DNA of 64,000 nucleotides from Brassicibacter mesophilus (GTDB lineage Bacteria; Bacillota; Clostridia; Tissierellales; Proteiniboraceae): NCBI RefSeq assembly GCF_050433385.1, contig NZ_JBNPXI010000003.1, positions 159,939 to 223,938 of the forward strand, read 5' to 3'. Shown piece by piece: positions 60,104 to 64,000 of this stretch (position 1 is its first letter; each line of letters starts with the position of its first letter). The notes under the pieces were generated by a model. It saw only the letters and a program-made list of their open reading frames with translations, ran no database searches and was not told where the DNA came from. The position numbers and the translations under genes were made by a program.

Positions 60104-60211
60104 ATTTTCAATATTTTTAGAAAATTTCGCTTTAGTACTTTAAAAGGATGCTGTTAAATAGTATAATATTATTAAATGTTTTTCAATATATTAAAAAAAG
60201 GGGGACAACAT

Positions 60212-61297
60212 ATGAGAATTAAAGAAATACAAGTAGGACAAATTTCCGTTCCATTAAAAAAACCTTTTAAAACGGCTTTAAGGACAGTTGATAAGGTTGA
60301 AGATATTGTAATTAGAATTATCACTGATACTGGACATATTGGATATGGGGAGGCACCTCCTACTGCAGTAATAACAGGGGATACAAAAGGGTCTATAAAA
60401 TGTGCTATAGAAGAATTTATTAAACCGCAAATTATGGCACTTGATATTGAAAACATTGAAGTGATTATGAAAAAAATTGATTCAGCCTTAGTAAAAAATA
60501 CTAGTGCTAAGGCCGCGGTAGATATAGCTATATACGATCTTTTTGGACAATTACATAACTCGCCTTTGTACAAGCTTCTGGGAGGTTATAGAAAAGAGAT
60601 AATTACTGATATTACAATAAGTGTAAACGATCCTGAAGAAATGGCACAAGATAGTATTGAAGCAGTTCAAAGAGGATATAAAACTTTAAAAATTAAGGTT
60701 GGAAAAGATTCCAAATTGGACATGAAGAGAATAAAAGCAATAAGAGAGGCAGTTGGATATGATATTGAATTAAGATTAGATGCAAATCAGGGATGGAGTC
60801 CTAAAGAAGCTGTTACAATCCTTACGAAGATGGAAGAGAAAGGGTTTAATATAGAATTAGTTGAGCAGCCAGTTAAGGCGCATGATTTAGAAGGACTTAA
60901 ATATGTTACTGATAATGTTGACACACCTATTTTAGCCGACGAAAGTGTTTTTTCACCAGCTGATGCTATAAGGATTATACAGGATAGAGCTGCTGATTTA
61001 GTAAACATCAAGCTCATGAAAACAGGTGGAATTCATAATGCACTAAAAATATGTTCTGTAGCAGAGATATATGGAGTAGAGTGTATGATAGGATGCATGC
61101 TTGAAAGCAAGCTTAGTGTCAGTGCTGCAGTACATTTAGCCGCTGCAAAAAGTATTATTACTAAAATTGATTTAGATGGACCAGGGTTATGTAGCATTGA
61201 CCCAATAGAAGGTGGGCCAGTTTTTGAAGACTATAAAATAACGCTTTGTGATGAGCCAGGGTTAGGATTTAAAACTATTGGCAATGCAACCTTTTAG
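60212..61297 (+). CDS. dipeptide epimerase (L-Ala-D/L-Glu epimerase, enolase superfamily MLE subgroup)
   Basis: Enolase-superfamily catalytic residues (KIKVG, LRLDANQGW, ELVEQP, DES); ATG 60212 after AAAGGGGGA. Confidence 0.8.
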   Translation: MRIKEIQVGQISVPLKKPFKTALRTVDKVEDIVIRIITDTGHIGYGEAPPTAVITGDTKGSIKCAIEEFIKPQIMALDIENIEVIMKKIDSALVKNTSAKAAVDIAIYDLFGQLHNSPLYKLLGGYRKEIITDITISVNDPEEMAQDSIEAVQRGYKTLKIKVGKDSKLDMKRIKAIREAVGYDIELRLDANQGWSPKEAVTILTKMEEKGFNIELVEQPVKAHDLEGLKYVTDNVDTPILADESVFSPADAIRIIQDRAADLVNIKLMKTGGIHNALKICSVAEIYGVECMIGCMLESKLSVSAAVHLAAAKSIITKIDLDGPGLCSIDPIEGGPVFEDYKITLCDEPGLGFKTIGNATF

Positions 61298-61314
61298 TTA
61301 AAGGATGATGCTAT

Positions 61315-63177
61315 ATGTTTGACAGAGATAGTTATGCTAGAAAATTTACAGATATGATGTCAGAAGGTTTCATATTTATTGATAATAAAGGCAGAATCCA
61401 GATATATAACAATAAGGCTAAAGAAATATTCGGAATTGCATATAACTATGGTATCAGTCATAGTTCGGGTATGATTGAAAAAGAAGATATAGTAATAATA
61501 GGAGATAATTGTCTTGGCAAGGATGATGGGAATCTTACTCCCGAAGCATTAAGCTGTATAGGTGTTAGTGATTCTGGGATACAAGTTGGAGATGCATTAA
61601 TAGCTGTTGGAAGTTATAAAAGCAAAAAAAAGGAGGCGGCTGTATACAAGTTTATCAAGCCTGATTATGATGCTAACACACTAGAGCTTAGCTGTACTTA
61701 TTTGAATACCGAGATTTCAGGACTAATAGACTTTAAGAGCAGAAATATAACTTTAAAGGTAAATAAAGATAAATACAACATGAATTATATTAAATACATT
61801 GGTCATATTGTAGTACTTGATGGTAATTCTAAAAAAATGAAGTTTTATCAGACCCAAGGTTATACAGCAAGAGGCGAAGGTATTTATGACTTATTAATGG
61901 GCAAAAAGTATAGAGCAAAAGGTGAGGACTCAGAATTTTTTAATGTCATTGGCAAGGATATATTTGAAATACATAAAGGCGGATCAACAATAGAAGAATT
62001 CTACTCAGCAGCAACGGGCAAAGATATAAGCTATGCAAATGAGTTCAAAGAAATAAATGGAAGACCCACTATATGCACTCTTTCTCCAGTAAACCAAGGT
62101 AAGCAAAGAGTGGGAGCCGTGCTAAAGGTTGAAGATATTTCTGAAATTAAAAAAGCTATAAGAGAGAGAGATGAAGCACTTCTTAATTTAGAGCAGATGG
62201 AAAGAAAACTTAAGGAAGAAGAAAGCTCAAAAAAATTATTACCTGAAATAATTGGTGAAAGTAAAGAAATCCTAAATGTAAAAAAGCTAGCTATAAAAGC
62301 TTCTAAGACTAATTCAACTGTGCTATTGCTAGGAGAAAGTGGTACGGGAAAAAGTCTACTAGCAAGAGCTATTCATAACAATAGTAAGCTTAAACACAAG
62401 CCATTTATACATGTTAATTGTGGTTCTATCCCCGAGACACTATTAGAAAGTGAACTGTTTGGATATGAAGGAGGAGCTTTTACTGGAGCTAGAGGAGAAG
62501 GAAAGGCTGGAATGTTTGAATTAGCTGAGGGAGGAACTATCTTCTTAGATGAAATCGGAGAAATCTCATTATTACTCCAAGTTAAACTTCTTCAAGTATT
62601 ACAGGACAAATCTTTTTTTAAGATAGGTGGTAATAAAAATATAGAAGTGAACGTAAGAATTATTGTAGCAACAAATAAAAATCTTGAGGATGAAATGTTG
62701 AAGGGGAGTTTTAGAGAAGATTTGTATTATCGAATAAATGTTTTCCCCATATGGATACCGCCATTGAGAGAAAGAAAGCAAGATATATATCCTTTAGTAC
62801 AAAATATGCTGCCTATGATTTGTTCAAGAATTGGATGTGAATCAAAAAGAGTTTCTGGTGAGGCTCTTAGTATTCTATCAGGCTATGAGTGGCCTGGAAA
62901 TATTAGAGAATTAGAAAATATACTTGAAAGAGCAGTAAACTTAGCAGAAGGAAACACCATTTTATCAACACATTTAGCAATCAATAAAATTAAAAATATG
63001 AAAAAACATGAAGTTAAACAAATAGAATCATTAAAAGAAGCCATAATTGAAACAGAAAAAAAAGCAATAACAAATGCAATTTTACTTAGTGGAGGGGATA
63101 AAAAGGCTGCGATGAAATTACTGAATATTGGCAAAACAAGCTTTTATGAAAAAATAAAGAAATATAACATAGAATAG
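61315..63177 (+). CDS. sigma-54-dependent transcriptional activator (PAS sensor + AAA+ + Fis-type HTH)
   Basis: GESGTGKS Walker A, GAFTGA motif (GGAFTGARGEG), C-terminal HTH; 620 aa. Confidence 0.85.
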   Translation: MFDRDSYARKFTDMMSEGFIFIDNKGRIQIYNNKAKEIFGIAYNYGISHSSGMIEKEDIVIIGDNCLGKDDGNLTPEALSCIGVSDSGIQVGDALIAVGSYKSKKKEAAVYKFIKPDYDANTLELSCTYLNTEISGLIDFKSRNITLKVNKDKYNMNYIKYIGHIVVLDGNSKKMKFYQTQGYTARGEGIYDLLMGKKYRAKGEDSEFFNVIGKDIFEIHKGGSTIEEFYSAATGKDISYANEFKEINGRPTICTLSPVNQGKQRVGAVLKVEDISEIKKAIRERDEALLNLEQMERKLKEEESSKKLLPEIIGESKEILNVKKLAIKASKTNSTVLLLGESGTGKSLLARAIHNNSKLKHKPFIHVNCGSIPETLLESELFGYEGGAFTGARGEGKAGMFELAEGGTIFLDEIGEISLLLQVKLLQVLQDKSFFKIGGNKNIEVNVRIIVATNKNLEDEMLKGSFREDLYYRINVFPIWIPPLRERKQDIYPLVQNMLPMICSRIGCESKRVSGEALSILSGYEWPGNIRELENILERAVNLAEGNTILSTHLAINKIKNMKKHEVKQIESLKEAIIETEKKAITNAILLSGGDKKAAMKLLNIGKTSFYEKIKKYNIE

Positions 63178-63442
63178 TCCGTATTTTAGGAAACATTCCT
63201 TAATCGTGGAATAAATCGATCAAATGGTTTGAATAGCTACAAATCAGCCATTATTACTAATATTCATACAAATATTTCTAATCTCAGTATTATTCTAACA
63301 TAATTAGTTCGTAAATTCGGAAAAACTTATCTTTATTCCCATCAAAAAAACTAAAATTATAAATCTTAACTACTGTTTGTGAATTTGAAGACTACATGCG
63401 TTTAAAAAAATCACAATATTTTATCACAAACATTTGATGTAT

Positions 63443-63458
63443 TGGCATGATAATTGCT
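63443..63458 (+). promoter_or_regulatory. sigma-54 (-24/-12) promoter TGGCAT-gataa-TTGCT
   Basis: GG and GC elements separated by 10 nt, matches TGGCAC-N5-TTGCW; 44 nt upstream of decarboxylase ATG and downstream of the bEBP gene. Confidence 0.55.
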
Positions 63459-63501
63459 CTTGAAATATTCAGAATATTATTACATTAGAGGAGCTGTCAA
63501 T

Positions 63502-64000
63502 ATGAAAAATATGGAGAATTCTTTGAATTTTAAATTCGCGGGCTATGATACTGTAAAGTTAGCTCAAAAATATGGTACACCGCTTTATGTGATTTCAGAA
63601 GAAATAATAAGAGATAGGTGTAGAGAGATACGAATAGATTTTTTAGAAAAGCATAGAAATACACGAGCTGCTTATGCTAGTAAAGCATTTTTGACTATGG
63701 CAATGTGCAAAATTATTGAAAGTGAAGGATTAGGACTCGATGTAGTATCAGGTGGAGAATTATATACTGCTATGAAAGCAGATTTTCCTATGGATAAGAT
63801 TATGTTTCATGGAAATAACAAAAACTATAGTGAAATTGAGATGGCAGTCGAGAATGATGTAGGAAGAATTGTTGTAGACAATATAGATGAGATGGATATG
63901 ATCGAAGAGATTGCAGCTAGGGCAAATAAGACTGTAAGTATATTAATGAGAGTGGCACCTGGAGTCGAAGGAAATACTCATAAGTACATAATAACAGGAC
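63502..64000 (+). CDS. lysA: PLP-dependent (fold-type III) decarboxylase, diaminopimelate decarboxylase-like, 3'-truncated by window edge
   Basis: KYGTPLYVISEE...AAYASKAF...GLGLDVVSGGELYTAM matches Orn/DAP/Arg decarboxylase N-domain; RBS AGAGGAG 8 nt upstream. Confidence 0.65.
   Translation, partial: MKNMENSLNFKFAGYDTVKLAQKYGTPLYVISEEIIRDRCREIRIDFLEKHRNTRAAYASKAFLTMAMCKIIESEGLGLDVVSGGELYTAMKADFPMDKIMFHGNNKNYSEIEMAVENDVGRIVVDNIDEMDMIEEIAARANKTVSILMRVAPGVEGNTHKYIITG

Noticed and set aside
1-64000. CRISPR arrays, IS/transposase genes, tRNA/rRNA genes
   Set aside because: No spacer-repeat periodicity, no transposase-like ORF, no recognisable tRNA cloverleaf or rRNA signatures seen on manual reading

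Overview
This is a low-GC Firmicutes (Clostridia-like) chromosomal window. Almost everything is on the + strand and most of it is ordinary housekeeping DNA.

Contents, in order:
- 1-12.8 kb: the 3' end of a FecCD/FecE-type ABC importer, an ABC-2 exporter pair, the cobalt ECF transporter cbiMNQO, and the tetrapyrrole operon hemA-sirC-hemC-cobA/hemD-hemB-hemL followed by a NUDIX hydrolase.
- 13-15.4 kb: an ArsR-HTH protein and an MFS transporter.
- 15.4-22.6 kb: an apparently GC-richer segment. It carries a DtxR/MntR-family regulator (- strand), an AraC regulator, a small BmrB-like leader ORF with a terminator/attenuator, a heterodimeric ABC exporter pair and a MATE pump. Several palindromes with GGTTAG/CTAACC half-sites are scattered through it.
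- 22.9-38.4 kb: YgiQ radical SAM, an orphan sensor kinase, typA/bipA, an M3 oligoendopeptidase, NfeD-flotillin, lipoproteins, an HD-domain hydrolase, a class IV aminotransferase and a dicarboxylate/amino acid:cation symporter (DAACS).
- 38.5-49.8 kb: the main candidate for an undescribed system. A tandem array of five strongly RBS-driven paralogous ~30-aa ORFs with a conserved C-terminal block (central KKD.G, then EY.KLE.R; ORF A is divergent). Directly downstream on the same strand are an M29 aminopeptidase, an MFS transporter, a 1032-aa GNAT-fusion protein, an amidohydrolase, a tandem-GNAT protein and a TldD/TldE protease pair. The region also holds unusual tandem hairpin repeats and palindromic operators.
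- 49.9-64 kb: a LuxR-HTH/DUF2087 regulator, a second M3 oligoendopeptidase (- strand), a C_GCAxxG_C_C family protein, tag, a GntR-ABC (ytrA-like) module, a Cys-rich small protein (- strand), a second paralogous orphan histidine kinase, a HAD-IIIA phosphatase, a VanX-like dipeptidase with an L-Ala-D/L-Glu epimerase, and a sigma-54 enhancer-binding protein. A -24/-12 promoter then precedes a partial lysA-like decarboxylase.

No rRNA, tRNA, CRISPR or transposase genes were recognised.
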